From Xylanibacter ruminicola 23 (lineage in GTDB: Bacteria > Bacteroidota > Bacteroidia > Bacteroidales > Bacteroidaceae): a stretch of 32,000 bases of DNA. The position numbers and the translations under genes are program-made. Within the stretch, counting starts at the first letter, position 1, and every line of letters begins with the position of its first letter. Shown here piece by piece: positions 1-8,902 of the stretch. A model generated the notes under the pieces. The model worked only from the letters and a program-made list of their open reading frames with translations, was not told the origin of the DNA and did no database searches. The stretch is taken from assembly GCF_000025925.1 (NCBI RefSeq), contig NC_014033.1, forward strand, positions 3,180,001 to 3,212,000, read 5' to 3'.

Positions 1-16
1 AATATGTGTATGAGTG

Positions 17-1066
17 TTACTGCTTTTGTCCGATAGCCTTGTATTGGCGTATCATGGCATCGGCCAGTATAGCGTTACTCTCGTTGGCACCGTACAGGGT
101 GTCGTAAATCATCTTCACATCATCGCGACCGCCGCCATGCTTCAAGGCGTAAACCACGCACAGGTTCTGCAGACCAACCGACTCAGACAGGATATCAAGG
201 TCGGTAACAGCCAACTGCGACAGGGCCAGCTGATAGGCTGTGTCGCTCAAATCGTCGACCATAGCTTGTACATCGCCTAACGATTCCATGCCAAAATGCT
301 CCAGAACGCGCAGGAAAGGCATCAGCGAGGCGGGGAACAGCTCGGCCTGGTTAACAGCAGCAATACGCTGGTTAAGACGCTCGAATGGGTGCAATTCAAG
401 ATAGCTGCGGAACGAGTCGGTAGAGAGTGTTACCTCGCTTAGGTTGCCTGATTTTACCAGCGTTTGTATCTGTCGGCGGTATTCGGTCATAGTGGTGCGC
501 AGACGGCTGAACTCATCGTCGGCCAACTCTAACATACCGGCCAGGCGACTGAACTGTCGGCGATACTGTGGGGGCAGTTTAACGGCACCCTTGTAGCCGA
601 TGTCGTGCTCGATGGCCGACCACGTGTGCTGCAGTGCTGTACGTATCTGTATCTCGAAGGGAATGCTACCCTCGTGCAGCTGGCAGATGTAGTGCAGCGA
701 GTTATAGCCAAAGCTGTTGAAATCGTGCAGCTTGCGCTTATCAACAGAGTTGCTCCAGTCGATATCGAACAACTGACTGACAATGGCTGCTACCTTATCC
801 ACATCATCGGTATAGAAGGTAACAATGCGCAGGCCAATCAGGTCGGTAATGTCGCTTAGCGAGTGATATTTCTCGCCTTTGCGCTCTAACTTACCAGCCA
901 ACGACTCAACACCCTTGATGCGGTGCTCGATGCTGTTAAGTTCGATGCCCTGCTGCTGCATGGTGGTCTGTAACAGCTCGAAAACCTTGTTGTCAAGCTG
1001 TATCAGTTGTGGCCGCAGTTCGATGAACTCCTGCAGCAACGCTTCGCAATGTGGCGACAGGCGCAT
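17..1066 (-). CDS. RelA/SpoT-domain protein (small alarmone synthetase-like) with a ~150-aa uncharacterised C-terminal domain
   Basis: 349-aa ORF. Synthetase-domain motifs occur in canonical order: HRIKGVESLAGKLERKG, DLIGLRIVT, GYNSLHYI, FEIQIRTALQHTW, EHDIGYK. There is no hydrolase (HD) domain. Its ATG overlaps the upstream stop (TAATG at 1064-1068). Confidence 0.85.
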   Translation of the reverse strand: MRLSPHCEALLQEFIELRPQLIQLDNKVFELLQTTMQQQGIELNSIEHRIKGVESLAGKLERKGEKYHSLSDITDLIGLRIVTFYTDDVDKVAAIVSQLFDIDWSNSVDKRKLHDFNSFGYNSLHYICQLHEGSIPFEIQIRTALQHTWSAIEHDIGYKGAVKLPPQYRRQFSRLAGMLELADDEFSRLRTTMTEYRRQIQTLVKSGNLSEVTLSTDSFRSYLELHPFERLNQRIAAVNQAELFPASLMPFLRVLEHFGMESLGDVQAMVDDLSDTAYQLALSQLAVTDLDILSESVGLQNLCVVYALKHGGGRDDVKMIYDTLYGANESNAILADAMIRQYKAIGQKQ

Positions 1067-1368
1067 TAGATAAACTCAAAAAGATTAATAAAACCAGTCA
1101 TGGCAAACACCTGGCGCAGATCTTCGTTCATGTTGCGCAGATAAACATGGCTGCCTTTGGGCTTTGCGGCCTTGAGCAGACCAAGGAACAGGCGCAGACC
1201 ACTTGATGAGATATACTCGAGTGCTGTGCAATCAAGAATGATATCGTGACCAGAGCATTCGTAAAGTGGAGCCATGCTCTTTTCAACCTCTGCTGATGCA
1301 GCCGTATCCAAACGACCTTCGAAGTACATCACGAAATTCTTCTCTTCTTCTTTGAATGTTGTTTTCAT
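1066..1368 (-). CDS. STAS-domain anti-sigma-factor antagonist (SpoIIAA/RsbV-like)
   Basis: 100 aa, typical STAS length. The phosphorylatable-serine context is conserved (LEYISSSGLRLF). It sits 6 nt downstream of the kinase-like gene. Confidence 0.85.
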   Translation of the reverse strand: MKTTFKEEEKNFVMYFEGRLDTAASAEVEKSMAPLYECSGHDIILDCTALEYISSSGLRLFLGLLKAAKPKGSHVYLRNMNEDLRQVFAMTGFINLFEFI

Positions 1369-1374
1369 AACTAT

Positions 1375-1794
1375 TTATTTTTTAGTGATAATTTTGCTGA
1401 GTGTGAGTAGATTCTTATTATCTACACGCTCGTAGTTAATGGTATCCATTATTTGTCGTATCAGGTGAATGCCTAATCCGCCGATACTACGCTGTTCGGC
1501 TGAAAGCGTAGTATCGACCTCGGCTTTGACCGTTGGGTCGAAGGGGGTACCGCTGTCGCTGATGACAAACTTAAGATGCTCATCGTTTATCTGGGCATCG
1601 ATATCCACATCGCCCTTACCATTGGGATAGGCATAGTTCATGACGTTAACCACAGCCTCTTCGATGGCCAGGTTAATCTTCATCGTTGTGCTCATGTCGA
1701 GGCCTGCAGTCTCGCACACCTCATCTACAAATGCATTGAGCTGGGGCACTTCCTGCACATCGTTAGGCAGTGTAAGATGATTTTGGTAACGCAC
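1375..1794 (-). CDS. Anti-sigma regulatory factor / serine protein kinase (RsbW/SpoIIAB-like, HATPase_c fold)
   Basis: 139 aa. N-box-like EEAVVNVMNYAY, G1-like DSGTPFD and G2-like GGLGIHLIR are present. Size and order match partner-switching kinases. Confidence 0.8.
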   Translation of the reverse strand: MRYQNHLTLPNDVQEVPQLNAFVDEVCETAGLDMSTTMKINLAIEEAVVNVMNYAYPNGKGDVDIDAQINDEHLKFVISDSGTPFDPTVKAEVDTTLSAEQRSIGGLGIHLIRQIMDTINYERVDNKNLLTLSKIITKK

Positions 1795-1866
1795 GTCGAA
1801 TTGTTATTTAGTGTATTGAAGTACGACTTGTATCATCTGATAGATGATGGCATGAGAAGAAACTGC

Positions 1867-3759
1867 CTACTCAAGATAGGTATATCCGTAGAGTCCTGAG
1901 CGGTAGTTAGAGAGGAATTCCTTACCCTCGTCCAAACTGATCTTGCCCTGCTTTACGCTCTTGGCAACCCAAACCTCCAGCTGGCGAACCAGCTTCTTGG
2001 GGTTGTACTGCACGTATTCCAGAACCTCTTCGACGGTCTCACCATCGATAATCTGGTCGATGTGGTAGGTGCCGTCTTTCTCAGAGATATGAACGGCATT
2101 GGTATCGCCGAACAGGTTGTGCATATCGCCTAAGATTTCCTGATAAGCACCTACCAGGAACACGCCTAAGTAGTAAGGCTCGTTCTTTTTGAGTGCATGA
2201 ACAGGCAGCGAGTGCGAGTTGTTGCGATTGGTGGTAAAGTTGGCTATCTTACCATCACTGTCGCAGGTAATGTCCTGAATGGTAGCATTACGTGTGGGAC
2301 GCTCGTCCAAACGCTGAATAGGCATGATGGGGAATACCTGGTCGATGGCCCATGAGTCGCTCAGACTCTGGAACAATGAGAAGTTACAGAAGTACTTGTC
2401 GGCCAGGAGCTTGTCAATCTTCATGAGCTCCTCGGGAATATGCTTCAGACTCTTGGCCAGGGCATGAATCTCGTGGCATACACTCCAGTACATAGCCTCT
2501 ACTTCAGCACGGGTTCTCAGGTCGACGATACCATGACTGAACAGGTCGAGAACTTCTTCGCGAATCTGCTCGGCATCGTGCCAGTCCTCCAGGACATTAC
2601 GTGGACTCAGGTTGTCCCAAATCTCATACAGGTCCTTAACCAGCTGGTGGCTGTTGGCATCTGGCTCGAACTCCTCGGGCATCTCGGGCAGTGAGGCTGT
2701 CTCAAGTACATCGATAACCAGCACTGAGTGGTGGGCAGCCAATGAGCGACCGCTCTCGGTAATGATATTGGGGTGAGGCAGTCCGTTCTTGTTGGCTGCT
2801 TCTACAAAGGTGTAGATACAGTCGTTAACGTACTCCTGAATTGAATAGTTTACTGAGCTCTCGCTGGATGGAGAACGGGTTCCGTCGTAGTCAACGCCCA
2901 GACCGCCACCACAGTCAACAAAATCTACGTTGTAGCCCATCTTGTGCAGCTGGATGTAGAACTGCGAAGCCTCGCGAAGGGCTGTCTGGATACGGCGGAT
3001 CTTGGTAATCTGGCTACCAATGTGGAAGTGGATGAGGCGCAGACAGTCGTTCAGTCCTTTCTTCTCCAGGAAGTCGAGTGCTTCAAGCAATTCGGCACTG
3101 GTAAGTCCGAACTTGCTGGCGTCGCCACCGCTCTCTTCCCATTTGCCTGAGCCGCTTGAGGCCAGCTTGATGCGGATACCGATGTTTGGACGGATATTCA
3201 TCTTCTTAGCCTCGCGAGCGATAATCTCAAGCTCGTTCATCTTCTCAACTACGATGAAGATCTGTTTGCCCATCTTCTGTGCCAGCAGGGCCAGTTCGAT
3301 ATAACTCTGATCCTTATATCCGTTACAGATGATGATTGAGTCGCTTTGGCATTGCATGGCGATAACGGCATGCAACTCGGGTTTTGAACCAGCCTCAAGG
3401 CCAAGGTTGAACTTGCGGCCGTGCGAGATAATCTCCTCGACCACAGGCTGCATCTGGTTTACCTTGATGGGATAAACCACGTAGTTCTCGCCTTTGTAGT
3501 CGTACTCCTCGGATGCCTTTTTAAAGCAGCTCCACGTTTTCTCGATACGATTATCAAGAATATCGGGGAAACGCAACAGTACTGGTGGCGTAACATCACG
3601 CAGTGCCAGTTCGTCCATTACCTCGCGCAAGTCAATCTGTGTGCTGTTCTTGCTGGGGGTAACGTAAACATCGCCCTTGTCGTTGATACCAAAATAAGAA
3701 GTGCCCCAACCGTTGATGTTGTACAACTCCTTTGAATCCTCAATCGTCCATTTCTTCAT
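1867..3759 (-). CDS. speA: Biosynthetic arginine decarboxylase
   Basis: 630 aa. SpeA-type N-terminus (WTIEDSKELYNINGWG) and PLP-fold motifs (YPIKVNQ, GLEAGSKPEL, HFHIGSQ, DCGGGLGVDY). C-terminal GDMHNLFGDTN. Confidence 0.95.
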   Translation of the reverse strand: MKKWTIEDSKELYNINGWGTSYFGINDKGDVYVTPSKNSTQIDLREVMDELALRDVTPPVLLRFPDILDNRIEKTWSCFKKASEEYDYKGENYVVYPIKVNQMQPVVEEIISHGRKFNLGLEAGSKPELHAVIAMQCQSDSIIICNGYKDQSYIELALLAQKMGKQIFIVVEKMNELEIIAREAKKMNIRPNIGIRIKLASSGSGKWEESGGDASKFGLTSAELLEALDFLEKKGLNDCLRLIHFHIGSQITKIRRIQTALREASQFYIQLHKMGYNVDFVDCGGGLGVDYDGTRSPSSESSVNYSIQEYVNDCIYTFVEAANKNGLPHPNIITESGRSLAAHHSVLVIDVLETASLPEMPEEFEPDANSHQLVKDLYEIWDNLSPRNVLEDWHDAEQIREEVLDLFSHGIVDLRTRAEVEAMYWSVCHEIHALAKSLKHIPEELMKIDKLLADKYFCNFSLFQSLSDSWAIDQVFPIMPIQRLDERPTRNATIQDITCDSDGKIANFTTNRNNSHSLPVHALKKNEPYYLGVFLVGAYQEILGDMHNLFGDTNAVHISEKDGTYHIDQIIDGETVEEVLEYVQYNPKKLVRQLEVWVAKSVKQGKISLDEGKEFLSNYRSGLYGYTYLE

Positions 3760-3781
3760 TTTCTAAACGGATATGAATATG

Positions 3782-4309
3782 TTATAAATCTAATAGTTCT
3801 TTTATCTTGTCGACGCTAATCTTGATTTTCTCGTAGTTGTCCATCAGACTCACGTCGAGTGTATACTTAGCCTTTGTGTAGAAAGGTTCGCGCTTCTCCA
3901 GCTGCTGGCGGATAAAGGTTATCAGCTCCTCGGGGCTTTTGCCTTTAATCAGCGGGCGCTCAACCTTGCCCATCAGCAGGTGGTTGTATAGTACCTCGGG
4001 ATCGGCCTTCAGGTAAACCGTCAGTCCCTGCTGGTTCAGATAGTCCATATTGTCAAAGAAGCAGGGCGTGCCGCCGCCACAGCTGATGATGACATTCTCA
4101 AACTCTGCCACCTCGTGCAGCATGCTGTGCTCCATTTTTCGGAACCCCTCTTCGCCACGTTCGGCAAATATCTGTGCCACTGTTTTGCGCATGCGGCTCT
4201 CGATATACCAGTCAAGGTCGTAGAAGGTGGCACCTAACTCCTTTGAGAGAGCCTTACCGATGGTGGTTTTGCCGGCTCCCATATAGCCTATCAGAATGAT
4301 GCGCTTCAT
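3782..4309 (-). CDS. aroK: Shikimate kinase
   Basis: 175 aa. Walker A GYMGAGKTT, DLD shikimate-binding motif and CGGGTP motif. Its ATG overlaps the topA stop (ATGA at 4306-4309). Confidence 0.9.
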   Translation of the reverse strand: MKRIILIGYMGAGKTTIGKALSKELGATFYDLDWYIESRMRKTVAQIFAERGEEGFRKMEHSMLHEVAEFENVIISCGGGTPCFFDNMDYLNQQGLTVYLKADPEVLYNHLLMGKVERPLIKGKSPEELITFIRQQLEKREPFYTKAKYTLDVSLMDNYEKIKISVDKIKELLDL

Positions 4310-6708
4310 GCCTCTGCCTCTGCTTTTGTGGTTGTCTTCTTAGTGGCGGCCTTTCTGCCAGCACCTTTTCTTGCACCTCGCTTGGCGGTTTTCTTATCAC
4401 CCTCCTCGCTCTTCATCTGCTCGATAATCTTCATGCACTCGTCGTAGGTAAGATCCTTGGCGTTCTCGTGCAGGTTCTTTGGCAGGCGATAGTTCTGTCC
4501 GTCGTAGGCCAGGTAAGGACCGTAGATACCGTTCATAATCTCCAGCTTGGGATCCTCAAGGAAGAACTTCATGTGCTTGGCTGCTTCCTGTCGGCGCTTC
4601 TCCTGGATGAGCACAATGGCCTCGTCGAGTGTGATAGCCATTGGATCGGCATCCTTTGGCAGCGATGCAAACATGCGGTCGTGCTTAACGTAAGGACCGA
4701 ATCTACCAGCACCAACGCTTACGGGCAGACCTTCGAACTCACCCAAGTCGCGTGGCAGCTTAAACAGCTCCATAGCCTCTTCCAAGGTGATTGTTTCCAT
4801 ACTCAGCTCCTTAGGTAACTGGGCAAACTGAGGCTTGTCCTTATCCTCTGACGAGCCAATCTGTACTACAGGTCCGAAGCGGCCAATCTTTACAAATACT
4901 GGGCGACCAGTCTTGGGGTCGTTACCCAACTCGCGCTCACCAGCCTTGAACTTCTGACGGCTGTTAAGAGTTTCCTCAACCGTTGGCTCAAAGTCCTTGT
5001 AGAAGTGTTTCATCATATCCTTCCACTTCTCGTCGCCCTCGGCAATCTTATCAAAGTCCTGCTCTACCTTGGCAGTAAAGTTATAGTCCATGATGCCAGG
5101 GAAGTTTTCCATCAGGAAGTCGTTTACTACAGTACCAATGTCGGTTGGCAACAGCTTGCCGCGCTCTGAGCCAGCCATCTCCTTACGGGTTTTCTGGGTA
5201 ATCTGCTTACCCTTCAGCTGGTAGATAGAGTAGAAACGCTCTTCGCCTTTCTTATCACCCTTCATCACATACTCGCGCTGCTGGATGGTAGAGATGGTTG
5301 GGGCGTATGTTGATGGACGACCGATACCTAACTCTTCCATCTTGTGTACCAGACTGGCCTCGGTGTAGCGCTGAGGACCGGCACTGAAACGCTCGGTGGT
5401 AAGGATTTCGCGACGTGTGAGCTCCTGTCCTTTCTTGATAACAGGCAGTGAGTGGCTGTAATCCTCGCCGTTCTCGTCATCGTCGGATGATTCACGATAT
5501 ACTTTCAGGAAACCATCAAACTTGATAACCTCGCCCTGAGCTGTGAATACCTCCTCGATACCATCGCTCTTGATGGTTATAGTGGTCTTCTCAATCTCCG
5601 CATCGGCCATCTGACTGGCGATGGTACGCTTCCAAATCAAATCGTAGAGTTTACGCTCCTGGGCACTGCCTTCAATCTCAGTCATATTCATGTATGATGG
5701 ACGGATGGCCTCGTGTGCTTCCTGAGCGCCCTTTGAGTTGGTGTGATACTTGCGAAGTTTGCTATAGTTCTCGCCATAGAGGTTTACAATCTCGCTCTTG
5801 CTAGCGTTCAAACAAAGTTGCGACAGGTTTACAGAGTCGGTACGCATGTAAGTAATACGTCCGCTCTCGTACAGGTGCTGGGCCACCATCATTGTCTGAC
5901 TAACGGTGAAGCCGAGCTTGCGGGCTGCTTCCTGTTGCAGGGTAGATGTGGTGAATGGGGGCGCAGGTGTACGCTTTGATGGCTTTTTGGTGATGGCATC
6001 GGCATAGAAAGTGGCTGTTTTGCACTTCTCCAGGAATTCCATCACTTCATCCTCGGTGCTGAAACGCTTGCTCAGCTGGGCTTTAACCTCCGAGGCTGAG
6101 CCATCGGGGTTAACAACAGCAAACACACCGCTGACACTATAATAAGGCTCGCTCTTAAAATTCTGTATCTCGCGCTCGCGCTCTACAATCAGTCGCACTG
6201 CAACACTCTGTACACGACCAGCCGACAGGGCGGGCTTAACCTTACGCCAAAGTACTGGTGAGAGTTTGAAACCTACCAGACGGTCGAGCACGCGGCGGGC
6301 CTGCTGGGCATTAACCAAATCCATGTTGATATGGCGTGGATGCTCGATGGCATCGAGAATAGCCGATTCGGTAATCTCGTGGAATACAATACGGTTAGTC
6401 TTCTGTTCGTCCAATCCTAAAACCTCGCAAAGGTGCCATGAGATGGCTTCTCCTTCGCGGTCCTCATCGGATGCCAGCCATACAGTCTCTGCCTTGCCGG
6501 CTTTTGATCGTAAATCCTCTACCAGACTAACCTTCTCTTCGGGAATCTCGTATTCTGGTTCCAGCGTCTTTTCGTCGATGCTGATTTCTCTTTTCTTTAA
6601 GTCGCGGATGTGTCCGTAGCTCGACATGACCTTGTAATCCTTTCCCAGGAATTTCTCAATAGTCTTTGCCTTTGCGGGCGACTCCACTATCACTAAGTTC
6701 TTTTGCAT
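4306..6708 (-). CDS. topA: DNA topoisomerase I
   Basis: Toprim N-terminus LVIVESPAKAKTIEKFLG, DEDREGE, and active-site Tyr context ITYMRTDS. C-terminal GRFGPxV repeats and a Lys-rich tail. The start is placed at 6708 (MQKNLVIV) because a TAnnTTTG box at 6739-6746 lies inside the longer 6741 ORF. Confidence 0.95.
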   Translation of the reverse strand: MQKNLVIVESPAKAKTIEKFLGKDYKVMSSYGHIRDLKKREISIDEKTLEPEYEIPEEKVSLVEDLRSKAGKAETVWLASDEDREGEAISWHLCEVLGLDEQKTNRIVFHEITESAILDAIEHPRHINMDLVNAQQARRVLDRLVGFKLSPVLWRKVKPALSAGRVQSVAVRLIVEREREIQNFKSEPYYSVSGVFAVVNPDGSASEVKAQLSKRFSTEDEVMEFLEKCKTATFYADAITKKPSKRTPAPPFTTSTLQQEAARKLGFTVSQTMMVAQHLYESGRITYMRTDSVNLSQLCLNASKSEIVNLYGENYSKLRKYHTNSKGAQEAHEAIRPSYMNMTEIEGSAQERKLYDLIWKRTIASQMADAEIEKTTITIKSDGIEEVFTAQGEVIKFDGFLKVYRESSDDDENGEDYSHSLPVIKKGQELTRREILTTERFSAGPQRYTEASLVHKMEELGIGRPSTYAPTISTIQQREYVMKGDKKGEERFYSIYQLKGKQITQKTRKEMAGSERGKLLPTDIGTVVNDFLMENFPGIMDYNFTAKVEQDFDKIAEGDEKWKDMMKHFYKDFEPTVEETLNSRQKFKAGERELGNDPKTGRPVFVKIGRFGPVVQIGSSEDKDKPQFAQLPKELSMETITLEEAMELFKLPRDLGEFEGLPVSVGAGRFGPYVKHDRMFASLPKDADPMAITLDEAIVLIQEKRRQEAAKHMKFFLEDPKLEIMNGIYGPYLAYDGQNYRLPKNLHENAKDLTYDECMKIIEQMKSEEGDKKTAKRGARKGAGRKAATKKTTTKAEAEA

Positions 6709-6738
6709 ATTCTGTCGCGTTATATTTCTTTCGGGCTG

Positions 6739-6746
6739 CAAAAGTA
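6739..6746 (-). promoter_or_regulatory. Bacteroidetes-type -7 promoter box (TACTTTTG) for topA
   Basis: Reverse complement of caaaagta. It lies about 31 nt upstream of the 6708 ATG. Confidence 0.55.
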
Positions 6747-6795
6747 AGCAAAAAACTCTCTTCCACCTTATTTATATAGAGGATTTTCAGATTTA

Positions 6796-7329
6796 TTAAC
6801 AATTCTGTGCTAAGAAACGGTGTACGGCTTGGCGTATGGAGCGCAGTCCGAAACGCTCTACATACACCTCTCTGAGGGGTACCCACTGCAGTTCGGCGGC
6901 ATCGTCGTCGGCTTTTACTACAGCCTCGCCTGTTACGTGGCACAGGAAGAAGAGGTCGAGCGTGTGTATGTCCATTCCCGAATAGTGGTAAACATTGGGG
7001 ATAGAGAACTGATACTCAACGGTTTCGGGATCGATGTCGAGTCCGGTTTCTTCCTTTATTTCCCTCACCATGCCCTCTTCGGCGTTCTCGTCGTTATCTA
7101 CAAATCCGCCAGGCAGGTCGAGGGTGCCTTTGGCAGGTTCCTTGCCTCGTGTGGCTACTAGCAGTTCGCCTTTATCGTTCAGGATAAAAGCGGCTGTTGA
7201 TGCGCGTGGGTTCTGATAGAATGTAAACCCACAATTGGCACAATGGCGGCTCAGTGCGTTATGAATCTTAAAATCCTGACTGCCGCACTTAGGGCAGAAT
7301 CGGAATACTTCTAATGGATGCTCTGTCAT
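6796..7329 (-). CDS. Nudix hydrolase with N-terminal zinc ribbon (NudC-like architecture)
   Basis: 177 aa. CPKCG...CANCG zinc ribbon, and Nudix box GGFVDNDENAEEGMVREIKEETG. Confidence 0.8.
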   Translation of the reverse strand: MTEHPLEVFRFCPKCGSQDFKIHNALSRHCANCGFTFYQNPRASTAAFILNDKGELLVATRGKEPAKGTLDLPGGFVDNDENAEEGMVREIKEETGLDIDPETVEYQFSIPNVYHYSGMDIHTLDLFFLCHVTGEAVVKADDDAAELQWVPLREVYVERFGLRSIRQAVHRFLAQNC

Positions 7330-7335
7330 AAGCGT

Positions 7336-8787
7336 TTACCAGTTATCTGTTCTGAATGGGAATAATGGCAGATTGGCGCCGTTTTTTACGTTGCCTATCT
7401 GGAAATTTTTAAAGCAGTATCGTACAGCCACGGGCTTTTTAACCTGAGGCGACGACAGCTTGATGGCCTCGTCCCAATAACCGCCGCCGGGCTGCCAGAA
7501 GTGCTGGGCCTGAGCGGGATAGAATACCTTGTCGTCGCCTGCAATCTCAAAGCCTTGGATGTCTTCGAATGGGGCGTCGGTGTGGTAGTTGTTGTCTAAG
7601 TGGATGTAGATGGCATCGCCCTTGATGTTCATGTCCTTAAAGGTTGAACTCTGGTAGAGGATGCCCTCAAAGCCATAGTCGCGAGCCAGTGCCGTGTAAG
7701 CCAGTCGCTCACCTACCTGTTGTTTTTGTGCAGGGTGAATCTGGCTGTATTCGTAGGGGTAAACCAGATCGTTGATGCATATCAGCGAGCTGTTGGGAAT
7801 TATTTGTTGTGCTTTGAACTGCTGTTCGCGCAGCAGGGCGCCGCTGGTAGCATTGTTGTCATCGTCGTAACGATAGGGGGCTATCTGTACGAAATAGAAC
7901 GGAATTTCGCCCAAACCGAACTGACTGCGCCACTGATCTACCAACAGCTTCAAACGCTGAGAATATTGGTCGCCAGGATCGCCTACGTTCGAACATCCCT
8001 GATAGAACAGAATTCCCTTGACGGTATAGTTCAGGATAGGGTTGAACGTACCGTTACCCCATAGCAGTGAGCGGTGGTAGTCGTACTGTGCCCATTTCTT
8101 GCAGATTTCAACAGAGTCGGTAGGATCGTTGGTGTATTTCTCCAGATTCTCTTTGGTGAGCCAGCTTTCTACACGTGAGCCACCTTTGTTAGCCTCGATG
8201 AGTGCGATGGGGATGTCGAGTGCCTGATGCATGGTGCGTGCAAAGAAATAACCCGTGGCAGAGAAGTCGCCAACGGTCTTAGGTGTACATTCGCGCCACT
8301 CGCACTGGGCGTCGTTCTGGGGGGTGGCTGCCATTACGCTAGGTATCTTGATGCTTCGTACGCCTTTGTGGTTCTTGGCATCAATCACCACCTGATTGTA
8401 ATCTTTGACTGGGCACATCCAGAAACCTTTTACAGGCATCTCCATGTTCGATTGTCCGGCACAAACCCATACTTCGCCACTTAGCACATTGCTGATGGTG
8501 AGCTTGTCGCCATCGTCGAACGTAATGGAAAGCGGGGTATAGCTGGCCTTGGGTGTCTTTACCTTTACCAGCCATTCGCCGTTTTTGTCGGCTTTGGCAG
8601 TGACCGCTTCGCTGCTCCACGAGGTGGTTACCTTTACCGTTTTTCCTGGCTTTGCCCATCCCCAAAGGCGGGCATCGGTTTGCTGTTGTAAAACCATATT
8701 GTCACCAATTAGGTGTGGCAATTTTACTTTGGCCTGAGAGCCAAATGCAAGTACTGTAAGAGCTGTAATAGCTAAGATTTTCTTCAT
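7336..8787 (-). CDS. Sialate O-acetylesterase-family carbohydrate esterase (SASA/DUF303-like), exported
   Basis: 483 aa. N-terminal signal peptide and characteristic GEVWVCAGQSNME motif. The Nudix gene starts 6 nt downstream of its stop. Confidence 0.8.
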   Translation of the reverse strand: MKKILAITALTVLAFGSQAKVKLPHLIGDNMVLQQQTDARLWGWAKPGKTVKVTTSWSSEAVTAKADKNGEWLVKVKTPKASYTPLSITFDDGDKLTISNVLSGEVWVCAGQSNMEMPVKGFWMCPVKDYNQVVIDAKNHKGVRSIKIPSVMAATPQNDAQCEWRECTPKTVGDFSATGYFFARTMHQALDIPIALIEANKGGSRVESWLTKENLEKYTNDPTDSVEICKKWAQYDYHRSLLWGNGTFNPILNYTVKGILFYQGCSNVGDPGDQYSQRLKLLVDQWRSQFGLGEIPFYFVQIAPYRYDDDNNATSGALLREQQFKAQQIIPNSSLICINDLVYPYEYSQIHPAQKQQVGERLAYTALARDYGFEGILYQSSTFKDMNIKGDAIYIHLDNNYHTDAPFEDIQGFEIAGDDKVFYPAQAQHFWQPGGGYWDEAIKLSSPQVKKPVAVRYCFKNFQIGNVKNGANLPLFPFRTDNW

Positions 8788-8818
8788 AATTTATCGTAAA
8801 GTTTCAAGTTTCTGCTTG

Positions 8819-8826
8819 CAAAGATA
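8819..8826 (-). promoter_or_regulatory. -7 promoter box (TATCTTTG) for the esterase/Nudix unit
   Basis: Reverse complement of caaagata, 32 nt upstream of the 8787 start. Confidence 0.55.
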
Positions 8827-8869
8827 ATAAAAATCCGTAAAAACCACGTAATCCGTAGCTTTTTTTTAG

Positions 8870-8877
8870 TACCTTTG
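8870..8877 (+). promoter_or_regulatory. -7 promoter box (TACCTTTG) for the alpha/beta hydrolase gene
   Basis: Exact TAnnTTTG motif 26 nt upstream of the ATG at 8903. It is divergent from the 8819 box. Confidence 0.55.
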
Positions 8878-8902
8878 CGCCAAAATTAAAATTATTAAAA
8901 CA

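Noticed and set aside
1795-1866. Hairpin (atcatct-atc-agatgat on the minus strand) between speA and the kinase-like gene as a possible terminator.
   Set aside because: No U-run follows it and no promoter box is visible downstream. I cannot decide between read-through and termination, so it is not listed as a feature.
6656-6943. 95-aa minus-strand ORF spanning the topA/Nudix junction.
   Set aside because: It overlaps the 5' end of topA, its promoter box and the 3' end of the Nudix gene. Its Arg/Cys-rich sequence makes it implausible.
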